From a virus, in the IMG/VR virus record IMGVR_UViG_3300027908_000003, positions 1 through 64,000 of that record: a stretch of 64,000 bases of DNA, one strand, 5' to 3'. The position numbers and the translations under genes are program-made. The stretch's first letter is position 1, and each line of letters opens with the position of its first letter. This document shows positions 14,647 through 24,217 of the stretch, piece by piece. The notes beneath the pieces are model-generated. The model searched no databases, had not been told where the DNA came from, and saw nothing but the letters and a program-made list of their open reading frames with translations.

Positions 14647-15177
14647 TTAAGTGAATGAAGTAACTTCTCCCTGTGGAATAGTTTCTACACCAGGAGCTTC
14701 AGGCGAGGGTACTTCCCCACCAGCAGCAGCAGGGACTACTACAGGGACTTCTACCTGCGATGCTTCTACCAGTCCTTGCGGAGTCAGTGGAGCAGTCGAT
14801 TCTGGATTTGTTGGGGCTATTACAGGTTCGGTTGGGGAAACTGGTGCGGTGGGAATTTCTGTATTTTCTGGCGCGGTTTCTGCTGCCGGAGTTTCGAGCC
14901 CTTCCTGCGGCGGCAACGGGGCAGCGACAGGAGCGGAAGGAGGAACAGGTAAAGAAGTAATATATATATTAACTAAATCACCAGTTTCACCAGCAACAGG
15001 ATTAATATTCCCATTACAACTTAAACTTAAATATCCTCCTAAAGCTGTAACAATATGATCAATAGCTTTCTTTACTTCTCCTAATACAAATTCTTCTCTT
15101 TCATGAGCAGGTAAACCGTTAAGCTCAGATTCTAATTGTGATACTGTTCCCGCATTCGGTTTAAATTCAAACGACAC
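14647..15177 (-). CDS. hypothetical protein with a Pro/Thr-rich C-terminal tail
   Basis: 176 aa. The C-terminal half is PVPPSAPVAAPLPP...TAPVSPTEPVIAPTNPEST low complexity. Confidence 0.55.
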   Translation of the reverse strand: MSFEFKPNAGTVSQLESELNGLPAHEREEFVLGEVKKAIDHIVTALGGYLSLSCNGNINPVAGETGDLVNIYITSLPVPPSAPVAAPLPPQEGLETPAAETAPENTEIPTAPVSPTEPVIAPTNPESTAPLTPQGLVEASQVEVPVVVPAAAGGEVPSPEAPGVETIPQGEVTSFT

Positions 15178-15179
15178 TG

Positions 15180-15443
15180 TTATTCTCCTAAGCTTTTAAT
15201 TAATTTTCTAAACCTTGGTTTTAAGCTCACTATTTCAGGTTCATTCTCAACTGGGATATCTTGATTAAAATTTTCTAGTGGTCTAATCCAGAATTTAACA
15301 GGAGAACCATCCAGCTTTGAACCAGAAATTAATGGTTCATAAACAACTACTTGATATAACTCACTCTCATGCAAACCTATTCCATACACTTTATATTTGC
15401 CACCTTTATAATGTTCATATTCTCCAGGACCACTATAACTCAT
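15180..15443 (-). CDS. DUF1653-like protein
   Basis: YEHYKGGKYKVYG...VVVYEPL...FWIRPLENF matches the DUF1653 pattern (HYKGG.Y...VVY...W.RP...F). Confidence 0.6.
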   Translation of the reverse strand: MSYSGPGEYEHYKGGKYKVYGIGLHESELYQVVVYEPLISGSKLDGSPVKFWIRPLENFNQDIPVENEPEIVSLKPRFRKLIKSLGE

Positions 15444-16147
15444 GTAGTATACTTTCTCAATAGCTCATATCTTGCTTTACGATTTCTAATATTCCATCCA
15501 TTAGCAGTTTTCTGGCCGCTCTTTAATCTGCCATAAGTTGCAGCATCAAATATATTTCCTCTGAAATTAATCATCTGTTCTTTTGTCACTCTCAACCCAT
15601 GACGATGGAGCTTAGGGTGCTTTCTATAGGCGAGAAATGAATTTACCACTCTACGTTCATTTGGATATAGAACATCAAGAGGATTTGACGGGGAAGATTT
15701 CTTTACAGGAGTCATAAAAAGATTGTACTCTGCTCTCCTGCGCGCGGCTAGCCCTGGCAATACAACTCCACCAGCAGTATCATATTGAAGTAAGTCTAAT
15801 GCTGCTTGATGAAAATTTCCTGCGCGCAACTCTCGCCCAATATCCCACTCCATTGAACCAGGGCCTAAGTTCCATACTGCATCAGCTAAAGCAATGAACT
15901 GATTTTCATTTAAAGATACATTCAGATTATTGATAGCAGGAGCATAACTTCTATCAAACTCAGACTTTAAATTAGCTAAAGCCTCTGCGTGAGAAATACA
16001 CTTTCCGCCAAAGTTTCCAGACCAATCAGTTTCCCCAAACGCGCGAGTGTAAACCTTTCCATAAGGATCATAGAATGGACAATATCTACTTTCGTAGATA
16101 TTCTCGAATGGAGCTATGAATTCTACACCTCTCTGAGAAAGCTCCAT
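15440..16147 (-). CDS. endolysin, GH24-type lysozyme with a C-terminal extension
   Basis: The N-terminal segment GVEFIAPFENIY...YDPYGKVYTRAFGET resembles the phage lysozyme motif (fEG...Y.D..G..TiGyG). Confidence 0.65.
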   Translation of the reverse strand: MELSQRGVEFIAPFENIYESRYCPFYDPYGKVYTRAFGETDWSGNFGGKCISHAEALANLKSEFDRSYAPAINNLNVSLNENQFIALADAVWNLGPGSMEWDIGRELRAGNFHQAALDLLQYDTAGGVVLPGLAARRRAEYNLFMTPVKKSSPSNPLDVLYPNERRVVNSFLAYRKHPKLHRHGLRVTKEQMINFRGNIFDAATYGRLKSGQKTANGWNIRNRKARYELLRKYTT

Positions 16148-16151
16148 ATCT

Positions 16152-16352
16152 TCATCCTACTTTTATTAAGTGAGTGCGCATATACTCCATAACCTCATTT
16201 GGAGTCCATTTCTCAGGAACTGAGAACATACGATACTCTCGTTCAGGTGAAGCACCGGGTATTACTATATCATAAGCTATATTTTTTCTACCACGGTGCT
16301 TTGTATAAATATTAGTATCACTAGATTTAGGTTTTTTAGAAGCAATCGCCAT
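16152..16352 (-). CDS. hypothetical protein
   Basis: 66-aa ORF. Confidence 0.45.
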   Translation of the reverse strand: MAIASKKPKSSDTNIYTKHRGRKNIAYDIVIPGASPEREYRMFSVPEKWTPNEVMEYMRTHLIKVG

Positions 16353-16354
16353 AT

Positions 16355-16735
16355 TTACGCTCCAGCTACATTAACTTCAGTGGCAGAAATCGGCGCAGGC
16401 GAAATATTCCCCGGCCCATCAGGTTTAATAGCTGATTCTGGTCTTAATATTACATTAGGAGTACCAACCTCAAAACCACTCGGCGCGATTTGCGCCGAAG
16501 AAATAGAATTATTAATAGAGCTAACACTAATCAACTTATGTGCCTGAAAATATCTAGCAATCTGAGTAACCAAACCAGAAGCAATACCAAATATAGCTAA
16601 ATACTTTTCAGGACCATTAAAATCTGTTGCTCCTGTTTCAACTGCCTTAACAATTGCTGGTGCCAGCGCTCCAAGCGCGGAGAGCCAACCAAGAATTGAT
16701 GTAATACCTACTGAGACTTTAGGCTGAGTTTCCAT
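16355..16735 (-). CDS. membrane protein, possible holin
   Basis: 126 aa with two or more hydrophobic segments (ITSILGWLSALGALAPAIV, LAIFGIASGLVTQI). Lies upstream of the lysozyme. Confidence 0.4.
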   Translation of the reverse strand: METQPKVSVGITSILGWLSALGALAPAIVKAVETGATDFNGPEKYLAIFGIASGLVTQIARYFQAHKLISVSSINNSISSAQIAPSGFEVGTPNVILRPESAIKPDGPGNISPAPISATEVNVAGA

Positions 16736-16746
16736 CTATTTCCTTT

Positions 16747-16968
16747 CTATCCAATTTTATTTTGTGATAAAGGAATTGGAGGGACCTTATCGCGCCAAAT
16801 TTCCTCCCACATTTTTAGAGTACAAGAATAAGGTGTTTCATCATTTAAACTACCTTGTATCTCTCTTCCTAAACTATTTCTTATATCAATCTTATCTATA
16901 AATAATGATCTTTTAATAGCATCTTCATAGATTTCTCCTGGCTCAAGTTTATATTTTAATTTAGTCAT
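16747..16968 (-). CDS. hypothetical protein
   Basis: 73-aa ORF. Confidence 0.45.
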   Translation of the reverse strand: MTKLKYKLEPGEIYEDAIKRSLFIDKIDIRNSLGREIQGSLNDETPYSCTLKMWEEIWRDKVPPIPLSQNKIG

Positions 16969-17233
16969 ATAACATCGTGTGATCTAACCCAGCTTTCAGA
17001 AGAATTCTTTCTGCAGATTTACCCTTAATTTTTTTTACCCTTTTATTTATCATATTATATATAATCTTTGAATCAGACCCTCTAATCACAACTCCATTCA
17101 GAGTACTTGGCTGGTATTTAGTTTTACCTTTTACATAAAAAGGCATTATAATATTTAATAATTTATTTCTATCTACCCAGTCAGGTTCATATAACTTACG
17201 TCCACAATGAGGACAATGTATTGGATCGCTCAT
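16961..17233 (-). CDS. hypothetical protein
   Basis: 90-aa ORF with CPHCG at the N-terminus. Confidence 0.45.
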   Translation of the reverse strand: MSDPIHCPHCGRKLYEPDWVDRNKLLNIIMPFYVKGKTKYQPSTLNGVVIRGSDSKIIYNMINKRVKKIKGKSAERILLKAGLDHTMLYD

Positions 17234-17376
17234 CCACCAGGAAAAATTAGAGGTTGCTTGCTGAGAAATTCTTCTTTTTCTTTTTTAGCTTTTAAGACTA
17301 ATTCTTTATATTTGTTATCCTCAACTAAATTTAATTCTTTAGACAAAATATTCCCCTTATCATTTTCTAGTCGCAT
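17230..17376 (-). CDS. 48-aa hypothetical protein
   Basis: Hand translation gives MRLENDKGNILSKEL...LIFPGG. ATGA overlap with ORF 16961-17233. Fills a gap otherwise covered only by an antisense ORF. Confidence 0.35.
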   Translation of the reverse strand: MRLENDKGNILSKELNLVEDNKYKELVLKAKKEKEEFLSKQPLIFPGG

Positions 17377-17377
17377 A

Positions 17378-17575
17378 TTAATCAGCCGTTAACTGCCTAG
17401 CTGGAACAATCCTTGCATTGCATCCTCTTCCATGACGTTCTAAGCATTTCATTAAATAATGTTTACTCTGTTCATCTGTATAACAAGTTGTATACTTACG
17501 AATTCTATTTTGTGATGTAATATCCTCATAAGTAATAATATACTGATCGTTTGCTTTGAATTTAGTTTCAGGCAT
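17378..17575 (-). CDS. hypothetical protein
   Basis: 65-aa ORF overlapping the portal gene end by 8 nt. Confidence 0.45.
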   Translation of the reverse strand: MPETKFKANDQYIITYEDITSQNRIRKYTTCYTDEQSKHYLMKCLERHGRGCNARIVPARQLTAD

Positions 17576-20369
17576 ATTTTAATTTCTCACTTAATGCTAG
17601 TATAAATTTCTGTTCACTAATTGATGCTTCTGGTTTTATATAAAGAGTTTCTGTATTCACATCATATCCTGCTTGCATGTTTCCGGACAACTCCAAGCTC
17701 TCTGGGATATCGTCTGTTATCTCTACTGACAAATTAGAGGTTGTTAAGTAACTGAAATGTAAAGTGCAATTTGGATGTGAATTAGTTACCTCCTTCATAG
17801 CATCAGACAAGCTATAAACTTTAGCATTACGATTAATACAACGTTTGTCAGTATTAAGATTTGTACCATCAGAAGCATCATGCGCAATTACTTGATCTAT
17901 TCCCGCGTCAATTCCTGCCTGTAACATACCTTTATTATATGCATCTCTTGTCTGGGCGCGAACGGCGCGAGTGGAATAAGTCATAGGCATTTCAGCAAAA
18001 TGATCTTCTAATGCTTGTGCTACAACATCTGGATGTGAATTTTCCTGTAGCTGTTTTTCTAAGAAGTCTTTAAACACATCTTGAGTCGTATGATCCATCA
18101 AACTCAGATTTTCTTCTGCATACTTCTCTACCCAGTCTTTTAGAGTAGATGGATTAAATACACCGGGGTCAAGAGTTGCTAATTTCAATTCCCGCCGCCC
18201 TGCCGCCCCTGCAATCCTACTGAGAATTTCCTTGATGCTCAAGGACACTGCTGGCAGGGATTTGCTCTGATCGCTGAGCCATGCTGCCACAGCCCCCGCT
18301 GCAGCTATTTTCGCGTGCCCTGCGCCTAATCCCGGCTTGGATGGTTCTACCTGTTCAGGTTCAGCTAATTTCAACACAGTTTTATTACGAATTTGATTTG
18401 CAAAAGAAGTAAGCTGATTACGATACCGATCCATCAGCAGTTTTCTCATCTGTAAAGCTGCAGTCTTTACTGCTGCATCTTCATAAGGGGGGATTTTGGG
18501 CAAAGAAGAAAAGAAAGACTTAGCATCATAATGTCTACTTAAAGATTCAGCACCTAAATAAATCTCTCCTCCTGGCTGGAAATACACATGCTCTCCAGTC
18601 TCAGTTTTTTCTATCCCCGCATTTTCCCCTGCCATTCCTTCTTTCTTAGTAGGTGCCATAACAGGAGGTTTAGCATTTTCTTTTGCTTCTTCTTTTTTCT
18701 TCTCTTCCAGATGTTTCTGTTGAGCTTCAGTGGTGAGAGGAATCCCGTTTTGCCTAAGAAGTTCTCTCATATCTACTGGAATCTCCTCTGGATTTTTCTG
18801 CCCTAGAAGAGTTATAATTTGTTTGACAAGTTCTGAATTCTGGGAGCCATAAGCTCTAGTTGCTCGCTTGCAGGGTACATTTATTTTGTCAGGGAAATTA
18901 GCTGCAATAAATTCAGGTATCATATACTTATTAATATATTCATCATATTGATTAGAAAGAAGCTGTTGTGATTCCTGATAAATCTCACCCATCTGTGCTG
19001 CAACATATCTCTGACTAGATGTCTGTCCAGCCACAGTTGCGTCAACAAAAGCTTGTTCTGGGAGGAAACACGCTTGGATCATCATTATCTTTAATGTTGT
19101 AAAGCTCTGGTCTAATAGAGAAAAGTTCTCTCCACCCTCCATATATTTAGCATCCCACTTACGAGTATTGAGAGTTTTACCATCCTCACCAACCATAAAA
19201 TCACCAGGAAAAGCAACAGTAGTTCCTGACCTAATGCTATTTCCTATTTGAATAGCTTTCTGCTGAAGATTATAAACAGTTTCAGTTTCAGCATTATTTG
19301 CATCTAATGCCTCTGCTACCTCTGTAGGAAAATAAATAATTTTTGCAGGATCTGCCTTATTCTCAAAGCTTCTATCTGCAAGTGCCCACCGATACCAAAA
19401 GCTCCACCAAAATCTATATGCCCTTCTACTCCGAGGAGATCCATAAAGAGATCCATAATTGCGTGCTCTCTCATTAACTATCCACATACTCCACTCAAGA
19501 GGAATTGGATATCCACTAAGAACTTGTGGACCATATGTCTGAGCAACACCAAGCATCATAGGATTAGGAATAGGAACAGGTGAATACATAAAACCATTAA
19601 AGTTTCCTTGTTCATTCCATCTTGGCAAACAATTCTCTGGAGGCAGTGCGAGAAATGTCTTCCACATCAATGCATCTACATTATTAGATGGCCATATATC
19701 AAGATCTTTCTCTGGAGTTTCAGAAGACTTATCTCTATAAACTCCACCAAGTTTACCAAGTTTAAAACGTTTTACCATAGGCTGATAACCCATTTGTAAA
19801 CTCGTACAGAACTTCTCAATCAAATCTGAATTTATAGGTCGCAATGCTGAATCAACTGCAGCAGCTAATTGAGCATCTTCTGAATTCACGCTCCATGAAG
19901 CATTAATTAATGGAGTTTCTATATAGTAAAAAGCAAATGCAATAGTAGGATCAGCAGCCATATCACGCATAATGGAGAAAGGTAATCTTCTTACACTGAA
20001 TGGATTACCACCTAACTCTCTATGAAGAAGAACAAGATTTAGGATCTCGGCCTGAGTCTGCTGCCGAACAGAGGGACCAATCGCGCGAGCTTCCCTTAAT
20101 CTTTGAGCAACACCTTTATCAGTGTTTATTTCAAGTTCTCTCTCTTCTTCTGGACTTCCCTGTGGAAACTCATCAATTGAGAGGGGATTAAAGGTAAGCC
20201 TGTTACCTTCAGAACGTTTTTGAAATCCTTTTTCTGAATAAGTTTCAGCTTCTCCAGGCTTGGAATAACTTTCTTGTGTTTCTCTACGCGCCCGTTCTGA
20301 ATCAGGCGTCTGCATCTCTTTACCGCTAAGACGCTGTAATTCAGAACGTTCGTCTTTTTTATTAGGCAC
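17568..20369 (-). CDS. portal protein fused to a MuF/SPP1 gp7-like head morphogenesis domain (GTG start)
   Basis: 933 aa, positioned downstream of TerL. The C-terminus RAVRAQTRDAYNKG...CINRNAKVY...HPNCTLHF matches the Phage_Mu_F end motif (HPNCRC). The portal call for the N-terminal part rests on size and position. Confidence 0.6.
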   Translation of the reverse strand: MPNKKDERSELQRLSGKEMQTPDSERARRETQESYSKPGEAETYSEKGFQKRSEGNRLTFNPLSIDEFPQGSPEEERELEINTDKGVAQRLREARAIGPSVRQQTQAEILNLVLLHRELGGNPFSVRRLPFSIMRDMAADPTIAFAFYYIETPLINASWSVNSEDAQLAAAVDSALRPINSDLIEKFCTSLQMGYQPMVKRFKLGKLGGVYRDKSSETPEKDLDIWPSNNVDALMWKTFLALPPENCLPRWNEQGNFNGFMYSPVPIPNPMMLGVAQTYGPQVLSGYPIPLEWSMWIVNERARNYGSLYGSPRSRRAYRFWWSFWYRWALADRSFENKADPAKIIYFPTEVAEALDANNAETETVYNLQQKAIQIGNSIRSGTTVAFPGDFMVGEDGKTLNTRKWDAKYMEGGENFSLLDQSFTTLKIMMIQACFLPEQAFVDATVAGQTSSQRYVAAQMGEIYQESQQLLSNQYDEYINKYMIPEFIAANFPDKINVPCKRATRAYGSQNSELVKQIITLLGQKNPEEIPVDMRELLRQNGIPLTTEAQQKHLEEKKKEEAKENAKPPVMAPTKKEGMAGENAGIEKTETGEHVYFQPGGEIYLGAESLSRHYDAKSFFSSLPKIPPYEDAAVKTAALQMRKLLMDRYRNQLTSFANQIRNKTVLKLAEPEQVEPSKPGLGAGHAKIAAAGAVAAWLSDQSKSLPAVSLSIKEILSRIAGAAGRRELKLATLDPGVFNPSTLKDWVEKYAEENLSLMDHTTQDVFKDFLEKQLQENSHPDVVAQALEDHFAEMPMTYSTRAVRAQTRDAYNKGMLQAGIDAGIDQVIAHDASDGTNLNTDKRCINRNAKVYSLSDAMKEVTNSHPNCTLHFSYLTTSNLSVEITDDIPESLELSGNMQAGYDVNTETLYIKPEASISEQKFILALSEKLKYA

Positions 20370-20519
20370 TTATGTCACTCTCGGCCGAAATTTTGCTCCT
20401 GCTTCTTCTCTTCTCCTGATTCTTAAATCTGCTTCTTCATTGCTCTTAATTAATTCAGACATTTTCTGAATTGTTCTAATTAAGTCAAATCCAGGAGGAT
20501 AAATAATTCTATTAGGCAC
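20370..20519 (-). CDS. 49-aa hypothetical protein (GTG start)
   Basis: Hand translation gives VPNRIIYPPGFDL...RPRVT. The start context TAAGTGCCTAAT is identical to the portal start context. Confidence 0.35.
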   Translation of the reverse strand: MPNRIIYPPGFDLIRTIQKMSELIKSNEEADLRIRRREEAGAKFRPRVT

Positions 20520-20813
20520 TTATTTGTTATCTATCTCGGCTAACTTTGCTGCCGTAGAATCTTCTGATAGCTGATAAACTTTTTTAGCTTCACGCCATAT
20601 ATCTACGTCCATCAATTCAGTTTTATCTTCACGTGATACATGATTATGTGGTTTTCCACCATCTGATGTTACAATCTCAAATGTACTTCCGTCTTTCCAT
20701 TTTACAGGAGGAAAATCGCCTAAAGTTTCCCAATCATAAGGTTTCATTTTCATTTCCTCAATCATATAATCTAAATCATCCCAAGGATAATATATATTTT
20801 TCATGACTGCCAT
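20520..20813 (-). CDS. hypothetical protein
   Basis: 97-aa ORF. Confidence 0.5.
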   Translation of the reverse strand: MAVMKNIYYPWDDLDYMIEEMKMKPYDWETLGDFPPVKWKDGSTFEIVTSDGGKPHNHVSREDKTELMDVDIWREAKKVYQLSEDSTAAKLAEIDNK

Positions 20814-20989
20814 CTAAAATCTCTAACGAATATATCTGTAAGTTTGCCACCACTACTCATTTCCGATGCCTGTTTTATACGCTGTAAATACATCTCTCGA
20901 CGCTTATCTGGCATTGGATTAACTGTAGACTTATTTATTTTACCAAAATCAATTTTAGTTTTATCATTTGGCATAGGTAAAGTATTCAT
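20801..20989 (-). CDS. hypothetical protein
   Basis: 62-aa ORF. Confidence 0.45.
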   Translation of the reverse strand: MNTLPMPNDKTKIDFGKINKSTVNPMPDKRREMYLQRIKQASEMSSGGKLTDIFVRDFRWQS

Positions 20990-21264
20990 GGCCTAGTCGT
21001 AGCTCCATTCGCAGAAGGCTGATTCTCTGACTTAATTTCATAAAAAGTAAATGGTAATCTTGCGGTATGCTGAACGTTTTTATCAGCAGTACCATCTAGT
21101 ATAGCTGCACAATCCCAATATCCTTCAACAGGATTATTAGATTTAGTCATCTTTCCATATGCTAAACCAGATCCACACGGGCAGCGAGAATGTGCAGAGT
21201 AAGTTAACTTCTTTCTAATCTTGTCTACATCAGAAGATTTACTAGGAAATTTCACGGCTGCCAA
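20986..21264 (-). CDS. hypothetical protein
   Basis: 92-aa ORF overlapping the TerL end. Confidence 0.5.
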   Translation of the reverse strand: MAAVKFPSKSSDVDKIRKKLTYSAHSRCPCGSGLAYGKMTKSNNPVEGYWDCAAILDGTADKNVQHTARLPFTFYEIKSENQPSANGATTRP

Positions 21265-23147
21265 GGTTCCTTTCCTCTCCTACTCATGTCCCCAGCGCCA
21301 ACAGGCGCGCCGAGTGTCTGACGCCAATTTTCTGAGGCATACATATTCCCATCACCAGGAGAGGATACACCAACTGCTGCTAGAGCACCGGGGACATTTT
21401 GCGCGGAATCCCGCTGAACGACCACCGGCTGCAGCGCTACCCGAGTAGATACATTTTGATGGCGTTTCATTATAGTAGTTACATTCTTCAAGCAATAACG
21501 TGCGCTCGCTGGTCCGTGGCTCGATGAGTCGTGAACCTCTTTTCCATCCTTCTGCCGCCAACTCTCAAAATCATCACACAATGCAGGACAATTTTGATCA
21601 TCTACATATAAAAAATTGTCTGCTACTAAAGCTTGTAAGCAATCAACTGTCGGCTCAAAGTCGCGCGAAATATACCAAACAGTTCTTAATGGAGGATTGT
21701 GCTCTCTCCAATCCTCACGCTGTTGTCTTCCCGCCATATCAGCAAATCTAGCCTTTACTCTCCATCCTCCACCAAATCTATTTTTGTATTGAATCTCTTG
21801 TCTAACAACTTTATCAGCTAAACGAGTTGCACCCATTGCAACCTCATTAAGCTCCTTGAATGCAACAAAAGCACCTTGCGGAATAACAGTCTTAGTTCCA
21901 ATAGTATTATTAACTTGAATAGGCTGGTGCAATGGCCCCTGAATCCACACAACAAAAGATGCTTCTGCACCGCCCCAATCACAACCTAACCAAATTAATC
22001 CAAACTCAGGTCTAGGTTCATAGTTTCTTATTGCGTGCCTTTCACGAGAAAAAGTTGGCAAATAAAGACCATCCGCCATTGGCCTTCTACATTCCATCTG
22101 CGCAACCCATACTTGCGGACTATTTTGTGTAAACTTTCCAACAATATCATCATATCTCATCCAGCCCCTAGATCTAAAGAACTTACCTTTACAAATTGTA
22201 TCTAAAGTTCTAGGCACATTCTCTGCCCACTCACCTTTAGCGACTTTATCACATTCACATAGTTCACAAGGATCTTTTCCAAGTTCTTTTAATCTTGCTT
22301 CTCTTTTATCTTTAGGGGCAGTTCTGCAATTTGGTGTCTCTTGAGCTGTCTCGAAAACACAGCTACGGTAGATTCTCCAAGGTGGTTTCAAACCGTGTTT
22401 TTTGGCACTCTCTACTTCATTAACAATCTTCTGCATAAGCCCTTTATTAGACTTACGAGTTGAAGTAGCAATATCTTGTGCTTTAATTACAGTTCCATCA
22501 GGCAAAGTCTTTGAACTACTCATAGATCTTGACTCAAAGAATATCTCTTCATCCATAAGATCTATCTCATCCGCATGAACCTTTTGAGGATGCGGAGAGT
22601 TAACTCCACTTTTGCTGCCAATTATTACTTCAAGTTTCGATCCATTTTTAAAGTTAGTTTCTTTTCTTAAAGGATCACCAGCAACAGATGGTTTTAGGAC
22701 TTTTTCGCCTTTATCATTTCTGGTATACACAAAGTTTTTAATATAAGTATACGATTTGTTTGACTGAGCTTCGATGTCAGCGAAGGCACAGACCTCCAAA
22801 TTTGGCTTTGTCTCAGCGAAGATATAATTTATGATAGCCGTACCGCGCGTCTTCCCAGATTCTCTTGAAGACATAACAAGTATCGCTCGCTCACGTTCAA
22901 AGTAATAATCTTTCATAAAATCAAAAGGGGCATCATGATCATCGCACACAGCAATTCGCGGAATCTTGTCACCAATTTCTGTCGCTATATAATCCCACAG
23001 CTCATCATCAGTAGTAGGTGCAGGCAGCTTTGTAGAACCCTTTTTACCGCCAATACGGCGCATGGATAGGATCAGATCCCTTTTCTCTTGTTCTGAGAGT
23101 CGGGATAGATCTATATTATCTAAGTTTGGTTTTGTCTCTTGCGCCAT
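21252..23147 (-). CDS. terL: terminase large subunit
   Basis: 631 aa. Walker A-like SSRESGKT and Walker B-like KVHADEIDLMDE, with a C-terminal nuclease-sized domain. Confidence 0.8.
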   Translation of the reverse strand: MAQETKPNLDNIDLSRLSEQEKRDLILSMRRIGGKKGSTKLPAPTTDDELWDYIATEIGDKIPRIAVCDDHDAPFDFMKDYYFERERAILVMSSRESGKTRGTAIINYIFAETKPNLEVCAFADIEAQSNKSYTYIKNFVYTRNDKGEKVLKPSVAGDPLRKETNFKNGSKLEVIIGSKSGVNSPHPQKVHADEIDLMDEEIFFESRSMSSSKTLPDGTVIKAQDIATSTRKSNKGLMQKIVNEVESAKKHGLKPPWRIYRSCVFETAQETPNCRTAPKDKREARLKELGKDPCELCECDKVAKGEWAENVPRTLDTICKGKFFRSRGWMRYDDIVGKFTQNSPQVWVAQMECRRPMADGLYLPTFSRERHAIRNYEPRPEFGLIWLGCDWGGAEASFVVWIQGPLHQPIQVNNTIGTKTVIPQGAFVAFKELNEVAMGATRLADKVVRQEIQYKNRFGGGWRVKARFADMAGRQQREDWREHNPPLRTVWYISRDFEPTVDCLQALVADNFLYVDDQNCPALCDDFESWRQKDGKEVHDSSSHGPASARYCLKNVTTIMKRHQNVSTRVALQPVVVQRDSAQNVPGALAAVGVSSPGDGNMYASENWRQTLGAPVGAGDMSRRGKEPWQP

Positions 23148-23291
23148 ATTCCTGCCGAAATTATAGGACTAAATAATTTACTATTCACAATAAAATAGAT
23201 GCTATTCCAACTTTATATTGATGATTACTTATCTGGCATATACCATACACTGTAAATAATAATACTATTAAATATAAGAATAATTTATTAT

Positions 23292-23630
23292 TCATAATAC
23301 TAAAGCTGATAGAAATGTATTATTAAACTTTCCAATTCTTAGTGTCACAATGCCTTTAGAAGATTCTGTACTAAGCTTTAATTGAGCATTCTCACCGAAT
23401 AACATATCTGATAATTCTGAAATAAGCTTTAAACCATAATTATTTTTAGACTTCATTATACTATTAGCAACATCTATACCAAATTCTATTATTTCAGGAT
23501 AATATCCTGTATCAAATGCCATTCTTTTTTGCCACTCTCTTAAATCATCTATTGGTTCTGATTCTTCATAATTAGACCAATCCTTTTTAACTGATGCTTT
23601 GTATTCTGTTTCAAATTTATTAACTAACAT
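23292..23630 (-). CDS. hypothetical protein
   Basis: 112-aa ORF. Confidence 0.5.
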   Translation of the reverse strand: MLVNKFETEYKASVKKDWSNYEESEPIDDLREWQKRMAFDTGYYPEIIEFGIDVANSIMKSKNNYGLKLISELSDMLFGENAQLKLSTESSKGIVTLRIGKFNNTFLSALVL

Positions 23631-24198
23631 CTTCTACCTGATCTGGTGGTAAATCAATATCATATCCAATCCCATGTTCAGCCAAAACATCAGATAAAGC
23701 TTGATCTAATGATTTCCCTGAAAGTTTTCGCAGCTCTTTCTCGTCATCTCTCATATTTTTCTCAAGATCTTGTTCAAATTTATTTATTCTATCAATAGCA
23801 CCTAAATTAATAGAAGGACTTCTGTTATTTAGCGCAAGATCTACAAGCTTCGCTGCAATACGCTCTGCTTTCTCCGATGATTTTTCTGTTACTACTTCTG
23901 CTACTGATTTGTTTTTTCTTGGTCTACCCGCGCCCGGTCTAGCCCCGCCAATCAATCCTCTGCCTACAGCATCTTTTGCCCATAGTGACTTTGCTTCTCT
24001 ATTTGTTATAGATGGATCATCCTTATTTGGTTGATCCCACCAGCTCGGGTCAGCAAATCCTGATCTTCTTCTACCGGGAACAGGAATATCTCCCACTCGG
24101 CCAGATTCTGCCTCTGAATCATTATTCTCGGCGGCAGAATTGCGCGGGAAAATAGTATCTAACTCTTCCCCCGATCCACTCTCAGCAGCAGCGCTCAT
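23620..24198 (-). CDS. possible terminase small subunit / DNA-binding protein
   Basis: 192 aa, lying upstream of TerL. The GARPGAGRPRKNK segment resembles TerS N-terminal motifs. Weak. Confidence 0.3.
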   Translation of the reverse strand: MSAAAESGSGEELDTIFPRNSAAENNDSEAESGRVGDIPVPGRRRSGFADPSWWDQPNKDDPSITNREAKSLWAKDAVGRGLIGGARPGAGRPRKNKSVAEVVTEKSSEKAERIAAKLVDLALNNRSPSINLGAIDRINKFEQDLEKNMRDDEKELRKLSGKSLDQALSDVLAEHGIGYDIDLPPDQVEDVS

Positions 24199-24217
24199 AC
24201 GTCAATTATAACAAAAT

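Noticed and set aside
17207-17392. 61-aa plus-strand ORF, together with other plus-strand ORFs inside minus-strand genes. Examples: 18588-18806, 19608-19799, 20000-20191, 21221-21751, 25642-25845, 26444-27018, 28421-28708, 30587-31212, 32102-32404, 36665-37316, 40066-40660, 47701-48552, 49149-49567 and 55961-59094.
   Set aside because: They are antisense to well-supported genes and lack ribosome-binding context. They carry low-complexity or hydrophobic junk translations. The 17230-17376 gap is better explained by a minus-strand 48-aa ORF with an ATGA overlap.
23148-23291. A perfect TATAAT on the minus strand about 12 nt upstream of the TerL ATG, as a possible promoter.
   Set aside because: The spacing would place the transcription start inside or after the ribosome-binding site. 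The -35 is poor and the spacer is 19 nt. It is more likely chance in AT-rich DNA.
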